Positions 32,477-41,978 of a stretch of DNA of 64,000 bases are shown one piece after another (position 1 is the first letter of the stretch; the number at the start of each line of letters is the position of its first letter). Location of the stretch: the NCBI GenBank assembly GCA_965208065.1, contig OZ242313.1, positions 3,678,369-3,742,368 of the forward strand. Reading direction: 5' to 3'. Origin of the DNA: Spirochaetia bacterium. Its GTDB lineage: Bacteria; Spirochaetota; Spirochaetia; SZUA-6; Bin103. The notes under the pieces are model-generated. The model was not told the origin of the DNA and searched no databases. It saw nothing but the letters and a program-made list of their open reading frames with translations. Made by a program: the position numbers and the translations under genes.

Positions 32477-33610
32477 ATGCCAATAACCGGCGCGGCACCG
32501 ATCGCGGCTCCCGGCTGGACGGCCCACAAGGAGACCGGCGTCCGCATCGTGGACTGCGACGTCCACCACAGCTTCGAGAGCCCCGAACAGCTCCTCCCCT
32601 ACCTGTCCAAGTTCTACCAGGAGCACCTGTACGACCAGGGGGTGCACTTCGCCGGCGGCGGCTACCCCAACACGCCCCTCCGAAAGACGCGCAACGACAT
32701 CAAGGATCCCGGCCTCAAGCGGCGCGACTTCAACTTCACCCTCGAGTTCACCCAGCGCGAGCTGCTCGACCCGTGGAACATCGACGTGGCGCTGCTCACC
32801 GGGTCGCCGTCCGACATCTACGGCGCCGCCGGCCTGCCCGACCCCGACTATGGCGCCGCCCTGTGCCGGGCGTTCAACGACTACACCATCGAGCACTGGC
32901 TCGAGCGCGACGAGCGCGTGGTGCACGCCATCCTGGTGGCGCCCACCGATCCCGCGCAGGCGGTGGCCGAGATCAACCGCCTCGCCGGGCGCAAGGACAC
33001 GGTCGCCGTGCACGTGCCGCTGAGTACCGCCATGCCGCTTGGCAACCGCTTCTACCACCCGATCTGGGAGGCGTGCGCCGAGCACGGCCTGCCGGTGGTG
33101 TCGCACATCGGCGGTGGCGGCGCCACCGGCAACACCATGACCCCGGTCGGCTATCCCACTTACTACATGGAGACGCGCATGGCCCGGCCCGCGGCGGCCA
33201 GTGCGCAGGCCGCGTCACTGATCTGCGAAGGGGTGTTCGAGAAGTTCCCGACCCTGCAATTCGCCATGATCGAGGTGCAGCAGCTGTGGGCGGTATCGGT
33301 GATGTGGCACCTGGACTTCGACTGGAAGGCGATCCGCGACCAGACGCCGTGGCTCAAGCGGCTGCCGAGCGAGTATTTCCGCGACCACATCCGGGTCGGC
33401 ACCCAGCCGATGCACGAGCCGGCGCGGCCGGAGCAGTTGGCGTGGATGCTGGACATGCTGCACGCCGACGAGACGCTGATCTTCTGCAGCGACTTCCCGC
33501 ACTTCGACCAGAACGATCCGGTCACCGTACTGCCGGGCATCTCCGATCACATGCGGCGGCGCATCTTCGCCGACAACGCCCTGGAGATGCTGCGCATGCC
33601 GGACGCGTAG
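32477..33610 (+). CDS. amidohydrolase-2 family (TIM-barrel metal-dependent hydrolase/decarboxylase)
   Basis: GGAGG ribosome-binding site before Met23 of ORF 32411; family-like features 'CDVHH', 'HIGGGG', 'CSDFPHFD'. Confidence 0.55.
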   Translation: MPITGAAPIAAPGWTAHKETGVRIVDCDVHHSFESPEQLLPYLSKFYQEHLYDQGVHFAGGGYPNTPLRKTRNDIKDPGLKRRDFNFTLEFTQRELLDPWNIDVALLTGSPSDIYGAAGLPDPDYGAALCRAFNDYTIEHWLERDERVVHAILVAPTDPAQAVAEINRLAGRKDTVAVHVPLSTAMPLGNRFYHPIWEACAEHGLPVVSHIGGGGATGNTMTPVGYPTYYMETRMARPAAASAQAASLICEGVFEKFPTLQFAMIEVQQLWAVSVMWHLDFDWKAIRDQTPWLKRLPSEYFRDHIRVGTQPMHEPARPEQLAWMLDMLHADETLIFCSDFPHFDQNDPVTVLPGISDHMRRRIFADNALEMLRMPDA

Positions 33611-33612
33611 CG

Positions 33613-34017
33613 GTGGCGGCCGGCGCGGGCCACGGCGCGCGGCGCGTGGTGGTGGGCAAGGCCTGGGAAATCCCGGAAGGCGGCCGCAAGCTTATCGTGC
33701 CGTTCCGCGGCCGCGCCGGCATCGGCGTGTTCAACGTCGGCGGCACCCTGTACGCGTTGCGCAACATCTGCCCGCACAACCTCGGACCGCTGTGCACCGG
33801 CCACGTCAGCGGCCGCTTCGTGGCCAGCGCCCCGCCGTCGCGCGCCGGCGCCACCCTGACCATGGACCGCGACGGCGAAATCCTGCGCTGCCCGTGGCAC
33901 AACTGGGCGTTCGACATCACCGACGGTAGCTGCCTCGGCGACCCCCGCCTGCGCGTCAAGACCTACCCGGTCTCGATCGAAGGCGACGACGTGGTGGTGG
34001 AGTACGCCGAGGGGTAG
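33613..34017 (+). CDS. Rieske [2Fe-2S] ferredoxin
   Basis: 'CPHNLGPLCTGH...CPWHNWAF' (CxH...CxxH). It is the 3' part of ORF 32773..34017; the exact start is uncertain. Confidence 0.65.
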   Translation: MAAGAGHGARRVVVGKAWEIPEGGRKLIVPFRGRAGIGVFNVGGTLYALRNICPHNLGPLCTGHVSGRFVASAPPSRAGATLTMDRDGEILRCPWHNWAFDITDGSCLGDPRLRVKTYPVSIEGDDVVVEYAEG

Positions 34018-36260
34018 TTGCGCTCTTCCTGGCCGAGCAGTTCGTAGAGACGGTGGTAGAGGCCGCCGGCGGCGAGCAGCTGGGCGTGGGTGCCGCGCTC
34101 CACGATGCGGCCGCGGTCGAACACCAGGATCAGGTCGGCGGCCATGATGGTGCTGAGCCGGTGGGCCACGATCATCGCCGTGCGCCCGGCCACCACCCGC
34201 GCCAGCGCCTCCTGGATCAGCGCCTCGGAGTGGGTGTCGAGATGGCTGGTGGCCTCGTCCAGGATCAGCACGCGCGGATCCTTGAGGACCACGCGGGCAA
34301 TCGCCAGCCGCTGCTTCTCGCCGCCGCTGAGCCGGTAGCCGCGCTCGCCCACCACGGTGTCGTAGCCGGCGGGCAGCGCGCTGATGAAGTCGTGGATGTT
34401 GGCGGTGCGGCACGCTTCCTCGATCTTCTCGTCGCCGGCGTCGGGCGCCGCGTAGCGCAGGTTGGCGCGCACTGTGTCGTGAAACAAGTACGGTTCCTGG
34501 GTCACCATGCCCACCTGCCTGGCCAGCGACTCCACGGTGAGCGAGCGCAGGTCGCGCCCGTCGAGCAGTATCTGCCCCTTGACCGGGTCGTACAGGCGCG
34601 GCACCAGGTAGGTAAGCGTGGTCTTGCCGGACCCGCTCGGCCCCACCAGCGCCACCGTCTGCCCCGGCGTCACCGCGAAGCTCACCTCTTCCAGCGCCCA
34701 CTCGCGCGCCTGGTGCAGGGCCGGCTCGCGCGGCGCGCCGTTGCCGGGGCCGCCGATCGCCGCCGGCATCCACGGACTCGCCGCCGCGCCGGTCCGCAAC
34801 CGTCCGGCAGACGGATCGGATGCACCGCTGTTCGTGGTCTCCGGCCTCCCCGGGCGCCCGCCCCTGCCGGCGCTCACGGTTGCATCGGCCGGGGTTGCCG
34901 GTGGATTGGAGACCGTCGTTCCCGGCGGCGCCGAACCATCGCGCCTGCTGCCAGCGCGGTCGCCGGCGCCGCTCCCTGCCGGCGCGACGCCGGCTCCTGC
35001 TGGCGCAACGCCGGGCGCGTCCGCCGATGAGCCGAACCGCCGTCCGCTGAATGCCATGTCCTCGGCCCGCGCCGCGCGCTTCGCCTCGCTGAGCAGCAGG
35101 CGCCGGTCCTGCTCGTAGCGGAACCCCACGCCACGAAACTCCAGGTGCCCGACCGCGTCGGTCAGCGGCTCGGCATCGGCGGCCTCTTCGATATCCACCG
35201 GCAGGTCGAGCACCTCGAACACCCGTTCGAAACTCACCAGCGACTGCGCCACCATCACCGGCACGTTGCTCAACGAGCGCAGCGGGCCGTACAACTGGCT
35301 CAGGTAGGAACTGAACGCCACCACCGTGCCGATGGTGAGCGCGTCGCGGATCACCAAGTGGCCGCCCACCAGGTAGATCGCCGCCGTTCCCACCGCCGTC
35401 GCCACGCCCATGAAGATGAAGAAGCGGCTCGCCACCACCGCCTGCCGCACGCTGCCGTCGCGCACCGCCGCCGCCTGGCCGCCGAACCGGCGCTGCTCTT
35501 CGCGGCGCCGCCCGAACAACTTCACCAGCAGCATGCCGCTGATGTTCAGGGTCTCGTTCATGATCGCGCCGAGGCGCGCGTTGTGCTCCATCAGCTTGCG
35601 CGACGCCTCGCGCAGCGCCTTCGAGAACCGCTTGCCAAGCAGCAGGAACGCCGGCAGCACCGCCATCCCGAGCAACGTGAGCCGCCACTCCAGCGCCAGC
35701 ATGACCGCCAGCGTGGCAGCCACCGAAATCGCGTTGGTGGTCACGTCGACCAGCGTGTTGGTAACCGCGTTCTGGGCGCCGGTTACGTCGTTGTTGAGCC
35801 GGCTCACCAGTTCGCCGCTCTTGTTGGTGGTAAAGAAGCGCAGCGACATGCGCTGCAGGTGGGCGTACAGGGCGCTGCGCAGGTCGAAGATGATGCCCGC
35901 GCCAATCGCCGCGTCCAGGGCCCGCTGCCACACGCGCAGCAGCGCACTGACGGCCGGGATGGCAATCAGCACCGCGGCCAGCAGGTTGAGCCGGCCCACG
36001 TCGCCGGCCGGCAGGGTGCGGTCGATCAGATCGCGCAGCACCAGCGGCGTCAGCAGCCCCAGGCCGATAGTGGCCAGGATGATTGCCAGCAGCAGCCCCA
36101 TGCGCCACCAGTAGGGACGCGCATAACCGAGCACCCGCCGCAGCAACGTACCGCTGACCTGCGGGCGCGGATTGTCGTCGCCGTGGCGCATCATGTAGCC
36201 GTAGCCGCCGCGATGGCCGTACATCCCCGCCATTTTCGCCCCAACGCCCCACTTACTCAA
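33963..36260 (-). CDS. ABC exporter (fused TMD-NBD, MsbA-like) with a long low-complexity insert before the NBD
   Basis: Six-TM N-terminal domain, then Walker A 'GPSGSGKTT', signature 'LSGGEKQR' and Walker B 'ILDEAT'. A ~140-aa G/A/P/S-rich segment lies between the TMD and NBD. Confidence 0.8.
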   Translation of the reverse strand: MSKWGVGAKMAGMYGHRGGYGYMMRHGDDNPRPQVSGTLLRRVLGYARPYWWRMGLLLAIILATIGLGLLTPLVLRDLIDRTLPAGDVGRLNLLAAVLIAIPAVSALLRVWQRALDAAIGAGIIFDLRSALYAHLQRMSLRFFTTNKSGELVSRLNNDVTGAQNAVTNTLVDVTTNAISVAATLAVMLALEWRLTLLGMAVLPAFLLLGKRFSKALREASRKLMEHNARLGAIMNETLNISGMLLVKLFGRRREEQRRFGGQAAAVRDGSVRQAVVASRFFIFMGVATAVGTAAIYLVGGHLVIRDALTIGTVVAFSSYLSQLYGPLRSLSNVPVMVAQSLVSFERVFEVLDLPVDIEEAADAEPLTDAVGHLEFRGVGFRYEQDRRLLLSEAKRAARAEDMAFSGRRFGSSADAPGVAPAGAGVAPAGSGAGDRAGSRRDGSAPPGTTVSNPPATPADATVSAGRGGRPGRPETTNSGASDPSAGRLRTGAAASPWMPAAIGGPGNGAPREPALHQAREWALEEVSFAVTPGQTVALVGPSGSGKTTLTYLVPRLYDPVKGQILLDGRDLRSLTVESLARQVGMVTQEPYLFHDTVRANLRYAAPDAGDEKIEEACRTANIHDFISALPAGYDTVVGERGYRLSGGEKQRLAIARVVLKDPRVLILDEATSHLDTHSEALIQEALARVVAGRTAMIVAHRLSTIMAADLILVFDRGRIVERGTHAQLLAAGGLYHRLYELLGQEERNYPSAYSTTTSSPSIETG

Positions 36261-36426
36261 CCGCGCCCCGAACTCTCAACCGCGCCCCGAACTCATCACC
36301 GGCGGTCGCCCCGCGGCAGCGGGTGGGTGCCGGCGGAGCCGATATGCCGCCGCCGGTTGCGGCAGGTGGTATGCTGTTCGGGCCGGCGGACGACGGCCGG
36401 CGGACGGCGGCAGGAGGCTGACTGAG

Positions 36427-37176
36427 ATGGACCACGGTGATCGGGCGGCGCTGGTGACCGGCGGCGGCTCCGGGATCGGGCGCGCCTGCGCGGCGGCGCT
36501 GGCGGCGGACGGGCATGCCGTGCTGGTGGCCGACCGCGATGCCACCGGCGGCGAGGAGACCGTCCGGCAGATCGCGGCTGGCGGCGGCCGCGCCCGCTTC
36601 GCACGCTGCGACGTGCGCCGTCCCGAACAGGTCGAGGCCGCCGTGCGCGCTGCCGCGACCGCATTCGGCCCGTTGCGCTGCGCGGTCAACAGCGCCGGTG
36701 TGCTGCGCGCCGGCGGCACCCTGGAAGCCACGCCGGAGGACTGGGAATTCACCCTCGCGGTGAACCTGACCGGCGTGTGGCACGCCATGCGCGCCGAGAT
36801 CGCCCACCTGCGGGAGCACGGCGGCGGCGCTATTGTCAACGTGGCGTCGATCTACGGGGTGGTGGGCTCCGCGGCCAACGCCGCCTACACCGCCAGCAAG
36901 CACGGCGTGGTCGGGCTGACCCGGTCCGCCGCCCTGCAGTACGCCGCCGACGCGATACGGATAAACGCCGTGTGCCCCGGCCACAGCCACACCCCGATGA
37001 CCGCGCCGCTGCTCGACGATCCGGAGTGGCTGCCGCGACGGCTCGCCCGCTACCCGATGCGGCGGCTGGCGCAGCCGGAGGAGACCGCCGAACTGGTGCG
37101 CTGGCTGTGCTCGGATGCGGCCTCGTTCGTTACCGGGCAGGCACTGCCGGTGGATGGCGGCTACACGGCGCAGTGA
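36427..37176 (+). CDS. short-chain dehydrogenase/reductase (SDR)
   Basis: 'ALVTGGGSGIGRA' cofactor motif and catalytic 'YTASK'. Confidence 0.8.
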   Translation: MDHGDRAALVTGGGSGIGRACAAALAADGHAVLVADRDATGGEETVRQIAAGGGRARFARCDVRRPEQVEAAVRAAATAFGPLRCAVNSAGVLRAGGTLEATPEDWEFTLAVNLTGVWHAMRAEIAHLREHGGGAIVNVASIYGVVGSAANAAYTASKHGVVGLTRSAALQYAADAIRINAVCPGHSHTPMTAPLLDDPEWLPRRLARYPMRRLAQPEETAELVRWLCSDAASFVTGQALPVDGGYTAQ

Positions 37177-37211
37177 CCATCGCGGCGGCAATCCGGTAGC
37201 ATAGGGAGCCC

Positions 37212-37298
37212 GCCGGAGTGGTGAAATTGGTAGACACTGGGGACTTAAAATCCCTTGGTTTTTTCAAGACCGTGCCGGTTCGAGTCCGGTCTCCGGCA
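37212..37298 (+). tRNA. tRNA-Leu (anticodon UAA)
   Basis: 87 nt; acceptor stem GCCGGAG/CTCCGGC; anticodon loop 'CTTAAAA'; long variable arm; T-loop 'GGTTCGAGTCC'. Close to the E. coli leuZ pattern. Confidence 0.8.
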
Positions 37299-37659
37299 AC
37301 CCGCCGCTGTCAGCCGTACCCAGACAGCCATCGATGACCGCCCGCAGGCACGCGTCGGGCGCCGTCCACGCCAGCCGATAGCCGCTCGCCGGCAGGGGCA
37401 ACCCGCCGGCCGCGCCGCCGGCCGGCTGGCCGAACACGCGCTCGGAGCCGAGCACGCGCGCCCGGCCGCTGCTCAAACGCTCGCCGGGAGCGGCGATCAG
37501 CAGTTCCACCTCCTCGCCCACGTCCAGCAGGCCCAGGTCGTCGGCGGCCAGGAACAGGCGGCGGTGCGACAGCTCGCGGGCGCGGAACTCCATGAGCCGG
37601 GTCTTGCCGTCCGCCATCATCTGGCGCAGGTAGACCGGGACGGCAGCAAGCTCAGTCAC
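37264..37659 (-). CDS. hypothetical protein (131 aa); 3' end overlaps tRNA-Leu antisense
   Basis: Translationally coupled (ATGA) to the upstream YkgJ-family gene; no motif recognised. Confidence 0.35.
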   Translation of the reverse strand: MTELAAVPVYLRQMMADGKTRLMEFRARELSHRRLFLAADDLGLLDVGEEVELLIAAPGERLSSGRARVLGSERVFGQPAGGAAGGLPLPASGYRLAWTAPDACLRAVIDGCLGTADSGGLPETGLEPARS

Positions 37660-37973
37660 CCGCGGTGGTCAGCAGCCTCCGGCTTGCCGCGGCGCTTCCA
37701 GAACCGGAACTTCTCCACGTAGCCGCAGTCGTCCGGCAGGTAGCGGGAGAACAGGGCGTGCACGAGGGTCACCTGCCGGCACTCGGCGCACTCCTTGAAG
37801 CGGGTATCGTAGGTCGTGCACAGCTTGGTTTCGGTATCCAGGAACCGGCACGGCAGATCCTTGTGCACCACCAGCTCGCCGGCCACCCGGTCGCGCCGGT
37901 AGCAGCAGGCGCCGCACTGGGTACAGATATCGTCCCACCACTCCCGCACCGGTTGTGTCGTACCGCTCGCCAT
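37656..37973 (-). CDS. YkgJ-family zinc/iron-chelating domain protein (CxxCxxCC)
   Basis: 'CTQCGACC' plus additional Cys ('CRFLD', 'CAEC'). Confidence 0.6.
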   Translation of the reverse strand: MASGTTQPVREWWDDICTQCGACCYRRDRVAGELVVHKDLPCRFLDTETKLCTTYDTRFKECAECRQVTLVHALFSRYLPDDCGYVEKFRFWKRRGKPEAADHRG

Positions 37974-38037
37974 CGTGCGAGATCATACCCCTACCCGCAG
38001 CCGCGCGCCACCCCGCGCATTGCCTCAAGCTAAATCC

Positions 38038-39622
38038 ACACGAACGAGAACCGTTGCCTCATCGAAGAATCCACACGAAGGACCTGTGCCAGTATGCGGG
38101 CGGAGGGTCGAAGGAGATGGGGGTCATCATGGCAGATCGGAGGACGCTCAGAAGGACCGCGCAGCGGTATCGACGGGCGACGAAGAAGCAGAAGGCGGGG
38201 ATTCTGGACGAGTTCGTGGCGACGCATGAGTGCACGCGCAACCACGCCAGCTGGCTGCTGCGCAGCTGGGGCAAGACGGTGTTCAGTCATCAGGGTGGTC
38301 AGCTGGTCAAGATCGTGGTCGGGCAGCGCCGCGCACGGCGCACGGTGCCGCGGGTGTACGACCAGCAGGTGTACGAGGCGCTGGAGAAGATCTGGTATCT
38401 GTACGGCGGCATGTGTGGCAAGCGGCTGATCGGGGTGCTCCGTCACCAGCTGCCGCTGCTCGAGAAGTTCGGCGAGATCACGGTGGACGATACGGTGCGG
38501 GAGAAATTGCAGCGCATCAGCGCCGCCACCATAGATCGGCTGCTGCAGGCCGAGAAACGCAAGCTGCAGGTGCGCGGTCGCTCCCACACGAAGCCGACCA
38601 CCCGCCTGCTGCACAAGGTTCCGATCCGGACCTTCGCCGAGTGGGAGGATGCCACGGTGGGCGAGATGGGTGCCGACCTGGTCGGCCACGATGGCGGCGT
38701 CGGTGGCGGCGAGCATGCCTTCACGTTGGTGCTCACCGACCGCGTCACGCAGTGGACTGAGCCACGCGCGGTGCTGAACAAGGCCCAGAAATGGGTGTTT
38801 CAGGCACTCCTTCAGGTGCGCTCGTGGCTACCGTTCGCGTTGCTGGGCTTGCACACTGACTGTGGCGGCGAATTCATCAACGATCACCTGGTCCGGTACT
38901 GCAAACAAGAGAAGATCGATTTCAGCCGCTCGCGAGCCAATCGCAAGAACGACAACTGCTTCACCGAGCAGAAGAACAACGCGGTGGTCCGAGAGCACGT
39001 CGGCTATCTGCGGCTGGAGACCGAGCAGGAGGTCGAACTGTTGAACCAGATCTATGATCGACTGCGCCTTCTGGTGAATTTCTTCTACCCCTCGCAGAGG
39101 CTGATCGCCAAGACCCGCCAGGGCGCTCGGGTCAGGCGCCGCTACGACATGCCGCAAACCCCGTATCAGCGGGTGTTGGCTTGCCCGCAGGTCTCGGAGC
39201 AAGCCAAGCAGCACCTGCGCCGTCAATTCGACAGCCTCAACCCGGCCGCGCTGCAGCGTGAGATACTGCGCCTGCAGCAGAAATTGCTGCGTATGGTCGT
39301 CGACCGCGTCACCCCGACCGAGCGGGCCGGTTGACCGCCCGGAGCGAGCATCGGGCGGTGCCGACCGCGGCTGAGGTGGTCCGCCTGATCGAGCAAGAAC
39401 TCGCCACGGCAGACGAAATCGAGGCTGCTCTGCGCGCCGTGCCCGGCCCGCTCCCAAGCGCCGACCGCGTAGGCCGACGACCTGGTCCACACCCAGACTT
39501 CAGTTATCCCCACTATCCACAGGAATCGTCACCCCCTCCCCGCACCCCACCCCCTTTACCGCCGCCTCGTTCCTGTGGATCTTTCGATGCGGCAACAGCT
39601 TCACTTCGTGTGGATTTTTCAG
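38038..39622 (+). mobile_element. IS element with rve-family DDE transposase (IS481/IS21-like) and ~50-bp composite terminal inverted repeats
   Basis: Left end 'CTAAATCCACACGAACGAGAACCGTTGCCTCATCGAAGAATCCACACGAAGG'. Right end reverse complement 'CTGAAAAATCCACACGAAGTGAAGCTGTTGCCGCATCGAAAGATCCACAGGA'. Each end carries two copies of a 'TCCACA(C/G)GAA' sub-repeat. Confidence 0.65.
38117..39334 (+). CDS. DDE transposase/integrase, rve superfamily
   Basis: AAGGAG ribosome-binding site before Met55 of ORF 37955; 'DLVGHDGG...TLVLTDRVTQWTE...LHTDCGGEFIN' D-D-E core. Confidence 0.7.
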   Translation: MGVIMADRRTLRRTAQRYRRATKKQKAGILDEFVATHECTRNHASWLLRSWGKTVFSHQGGQLVKIVVGQRRARRTVPRVYDQQVYEALEKIWYLYGGMCGKRLIGVLRHQLPLLEKFGEITVDDTVREKLQRISAATIDRLLQAEKRKLQVRGRSHTKPTTRLLHKVPIRTFAEWEDATVGEMGADLVGHDGGVGGGEHAFTLVLTDRVTQWTEPRAVLNKAQKWVFQALLQVRSWLPFALLGLHTDCGGEFINDHLVRYCKQEKIDFSRSRANRKNDNCFTEQKNNAVVREHVGYLRLETEQEVELLNQIYDRLRLLVNFFYPSQRLIAKTRQGARVRRRYDMPQTPYQRVLACPQVSEQAKQHLRRQFDSLNPAALQREILRLQQKLLRMVVDRVTPTERAG

Positions 39623-39688
39623 TGCGGCAACTGGCCCCGCGCCGCCCACTGCTACGCGCGCCCCCGTGGCCGCTATAATCGCACCCGC

Positions 39689-41317
39689 ATGCGCTTCCGC
39701 GGCGCGGTGCTGGCAACCTTCGCAGCGCTGCTCTTGGCCCTGGCCCTGCCCAACGACCTGTTCCCGTACGGCAGCCCGCCGCTCGGCGTGGTTGCTCTGG
39801 CGCCGCTGCTGGCCGCCCTCTACCGCACCGGCAGCTACGCCGCCGCCGCCCGCGTGGGCGTGCTCTTCGGCACCGTGTCGAGCGTGGCGAGCAACTTCTG
39901 GCTGATCTTCTTCCAGAGCTTCTCGGTGTGGACGCTCGGCGGCGTTACGCTCGCTTACGCTGCCTACTTCGCCCTCCTCGGACCGCTGCTGCGCTTCATC
40001 GCCGGGGCACCGGGCAGCCACCCCGGACCGCGCGCCGGCCTGCGCTCCACCCTGCCGCGCGCCTACCGTCCGGTCGCCGTCGCCGTGCTGTGGACCTTGT
40101 ACGAATTCCTCAAGTCGTCCGGCTTTCTCGGCTACCCGTGGGGCCTGATCGCCTACCCCGTGCACGGCATCCTGCCGCTGGTCCAGTTCGTAGACATCAC
40201 CGGGGTGTGGGGCTTGTGCCTGCTGATGGCGCTGATCAACGCGGTGGCCGCGGAGTGGCTCGACCTGCTGCTCGGTGATCGCCGGGCCCGGCCGCGGCGC
40301 GTGCCGGCCCGGGTGTGGCAGACCACCGCAGCCGCGGCGCTGCTGGTGGTGGCCGCGCTCGGTTACGGCGTGGCTGCCCTGGCGCGCCCGGCGGCGCCGG
40401 ACGCCACCCTGGACGTGGTGCTGGTGCAGCACAACGCCAACCCCTGGCAGAGCGGCGACGACGCCGGCGTCCTGGCTACCCTGCAGCGCCTCAGCGCCGA
40501 AGGAATGGCGGCGGCGCCGGTACCGCCCGACCTGGTGGTGTGGAGCGAGACCGCCCTGCGCTGGCCGGTAATCGCCGCACCTCCCGCCGCCGGCGGCGGC
40601 GCCGCGGCCGCCCCGGTGGTGCCCGCGGCGCTCACCGAACTGCCGGTACCGCTGCTCACCGGCGTGCCCTGGGTGGTGAGCGAAGACCCGCTCGCGGCCA
40701 TGAATGCCGCGGTGCTGGCGGCGCCCGGCGGCGCGGTGCTCGGCCACTACGGCAAGCAACACCTGGTGCCGTTCGCGGAGAGTGTGCCGTTCTGGGAGGT
40801 GCCGGCGGTGCGCCGCCTGTTCAGCGACGTCATCGGCCTGCAGGCCACCTGGGTAGCGGGCGCCGCGGCCACCATCCACGAACTGCCGCTGCGCGTCGGC
40901 GGCAGCGTACGCTTCGCCACCCCAATCTGCTTCGAAGACGCCTTCCCGTACCTGAACCGCCGCTTCGTGCGCGCCGGCGCCGATATGCTTATCAACCTGA
41001 CCAACGACGCCTGGTCGCAGACCGTGTCCGCGGAGACCCAGCACTTCGTCGCCGCCCGGCTGCGCGCCGTCGAGAACCGGCGCGTGCTGATCCGCGCCAC
41101 CAACGGCGGGGTAACCGCGGCGGTCGATCCGTGGGGCCGCGTGCTGGCCGCCGCGCCCCTGTTCACGGAGACCGCGCTGCGCCTCGAGGTGCCCGTTTAC
41201 CGCCCCGCCGCCGAGACCGTCTACACGCGCTTCGGCGACTACCTGCCGGCCCTGCTCGCCGGCCTGCTGGCGGTGCTATTCGTTATCCGGCGCCGCCAGC
41301 AGCGGCAAACCGGATAG
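39689..41317 (+). CDS. lnt: apolipoprotein N-acyltransferase
   Basis: Multi-TM N-terminal domain plus a CN-hydrolase domain with 'ATPICFEDAFP'; start at Met39 of ORF 39575, because the upstream part overlaps the IS inverted repeat. Confidence 0.75.
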   Translation: MRFRGAVLATFAALLLALALPNDLFPYGSPPLGVVALAPLLAALYRTGSYAAAARVGVLFGTVSSVASNFWLIFFQSFSVWTLGGVTLAYAAYFALLGPLLRFIAGAPGSHPGPRAGLRSTLPRAYRPVAVAVLWTLYEFLKSSGFLGYPWGLIAYPVHGILPLVQFVDITGVWGLCLLMALINAVAAEWLDLLLGDRRARPRRVPARVWQTTAAAALLVVAALGYGVAALARPAAPDATLDVVLVQHNANPWQSGDDAGVLATLQRLSAEGMAAAPVPPDLVVWSETALRWPVIAAPPAAGGGAAAAPVVPAALTELPVPLLTGVPWVVSEDPLAAMNAAVLAAPGGAVLGHYGKQHLVPFAESVPFWEVPAVRRLFSDVIGLQATWVAGAAATIHELPLRVGGSVRFATPICFEDAFPYLNRRFVRAGADMLINLTNDAWSQTVSAETQHFVAARLRAVENRRVLIRATNGGVTAAVDPWGRVLAAAPLFTETALRLEVPVYRPAAETVYTRFGDYLPALLAGLLAVLFVIRRRQQRQTG

Positions 41318-41978
41318 CGTAGCGGTCGCGGTGCTGCTCGAGCCGGCAGCGCGGCCCGAATATCGCTTGCAGGTTGCGCTCGGTAAGGGCATCGCACGGC
41401 GCTCCCCCGGCCACCGCCCGCCCGCGGTCGAGCAGCACCACCCCGTCGTAGGAACGAGTGATTTCGGCGATGTCGTGGGTCACGTATACCACCGTCAACT
41501 CCGGACGCTGCCGGAACAGCGCGGCGAGGTCTTCCAGGAACCGCTCGCGGGCGGCCGGGTCGAGGCCGATTGCCGGTTCGTCGAGCAGCAGCAGTTCCAC
41601 GTCCGGCGCCAGCGCGCGCGCAATCAGCACGCGTTGCCGCTCGCCGGTCGACAGGGTAGCGAAGCGGCGCTCCGCCAGGTGTTCCACCGCCAGCAGGGCA
41701 AGCTGGCGGACGGCTCGCTCGCGGTCCGCCGCCGGCACCTCGCCGTACAGCACCAAGCCGCCGCGCGCTCGCGACAGCACCACCTCGGCCGCGCTCATGA
41801 ACGGCGGAATCTGGTAACGCACGTCGCTATGCACCCAGCCGATGCGGGCGCGCAGCAGGCGCAGGTCGGTGCGCCCGAAGCGCTCGCCGAGCACCTCGAG
41901 CGTGCCCTCGGAGGGATAGGAGTAGCCGGAAAACAACCGCACCAGCGACGTCTTGCCGCTGCCGTTCGGGCCCAGCAA
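41283..41978 (-). CDS. ABC transporter ATP-binding protein; true start uncertain, since the conserved N-terminal strand lies upstream with no ATG/GTG
   Basis: Walker A 'GPNGSGKT', signature 'LSTGERQR', Walker B 'LLLDEP'. The frame stays open up to ~42084 and encodes '...ILDGISLSVGAGQRWALLGPNGSGKT'. Confidence 0.7.
   Translation of the reverse strand: MLGPNGSGKTSLVRLFSGYSYPSEGTLEVLGERFGRTDLRLLRARIGWVHSDVRYQIPPFMSAAEVVLSRARGGLVLYGEVPAADRERAVRQLALLAVEHLAERRFATLSTGERQRVLIARALAPDVELLLLDEPAIGLDPAARERFLEDLAALFRQRPELTVVYVTHDIAEITRSYDGVVLLDRGRAVAGGAPCDALTERNLQAIFGPRCRLEQHRDRYAIRFAAAGGAG

Noticed and set aside
33547-36252. 901-aa minus-strand ORF
   Set aside because: Alternative frame of the ABC exporter locus with a low-complexity R/G/A translation; the 33963..36260 frame carries Walker A/B and the ABC signature.
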